In this document: positions 63,652 through 64,000 of the stretch, one piece after another
Position numbering within the stretch: the stretch's first letter is position 1
How the letters are laid out: each line of letters begins with the position of its first letter
Virus record (IMG/VR): IMGVR_UViG_3300028833_000053
Strand: one strand, 5' to 3'
DNA: 64,000 nucleotides
Source: a virus
Lineage: Duplodnaviria > Caudoviricetes
Program-made: the position numbers and the translations under genes
Notes under the pieces: model-generated
Told to the model about the DNA's origin: nothing
The model's input: only the letters and a program-made list of their open reading frames with translations
Database searches by the model: none

Positions 63652-64000
63652 ATGGGATTCCAATTGTACAATGACAATTGCTTGAAAATCATGCCGACTA
63701 TTCCAGATGGCTCAATAGACATGATATTGACTGATCTTCCTTATGGCGTGACGAACAAGGAAAGCGAAGCCGGAAAGTGGGACACACCGATTGCGATGGA
63801 GCCGTTGTGGGAGAATTTCTGGAGGGTGTTGAAGCCAAACGGCGCTTGCGTTCTTTTCGCCCAGGGCATGTTCACGGCCCAGCTTATGATGTCCCAACCC
63901 AAGAACTGGCGTTACAATCTCATTTGGGACAAGTGCCGGGCGTCAGGTTTCTTGAATTCAAAGAGAATGCCTTTGCGCCGACACGAGGACATTTGCGTGT
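63652..64000 (+). CDS. DNA methyltransferase (beta class), 5' part, runs off the window
   Basis: LYNDNCLKIM..IPDGSIDMILTDLPYG...WD..I...RVLKPNG...WDK...HEDI.V. Confidence 0.88.
   Translation, partial: MGFQLYNDNCLKIMPTIPDGSIDMILTDLPYGVTNKESEAGKWDTPIAMEPLWENFWRVLKPNGACVLFAQGMFTAQLMMSQPKNWRYNLIWDKCRASGFLNSKRMPLRRHEDICV

Noticed and set aside
1-64000. Suppressor tRNA, other tRNAs, or a release factor
   Set aside because: No cloverleaf or T-loop consensus seen in the intergenic gaps; it may lie outside the window. tRNAscan was not run.
1-64000. TGA recoding
   Set aside because: TGA ends many conserved genes at the expected position (DNA polymerase, MetK, both topoisomerase subunits).

Overview
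A 64-kb segment of a large lytic dsDNA phage with T4-like core genes dispersed in a jumbo-phage-like layout. Core genes present: major capsid gp23, scaffold gp22, baseplate gp6, UvsW, DNA polymerase gp43, clamp loader gp44, topoisomerase gp39/60 and gp52. The supplied ORF track is misleading because the phage appears to read TAG as Gln (translation table 15). I count 43 in-frame TAGs in 18 genes, and no gene I accept ends at TAG. Reading through them rebuilds a 3585-aa adhesin-like giant gene, a complete metallophosphoesterase and a complete gp6, and exposes genes missing from the track (a GroES, a YceK-like lipoprotein, a 50-aa peptide). TAGs fall mostly in genes behind a GTAAATA late-promoter-like motif and are absent from the early and core replication genes. 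Other notable items: a conserved ~46-aa N-terminal leader (MKKLNIT...VSESGKL.KT.KG.VL..E) on four genes with unrelated cargo, two non-structural genes carrying fragments of the phage's own capsid protein, a tandem-GroES plus single-GroES pair, MetK with three DNA methyltransferases, and three distinguishable promoter classes. No tRNA, CRISPR array, integrase or reverse transcriptase was seen. All family assignments come from motif recognition by eye; no database searches were run.
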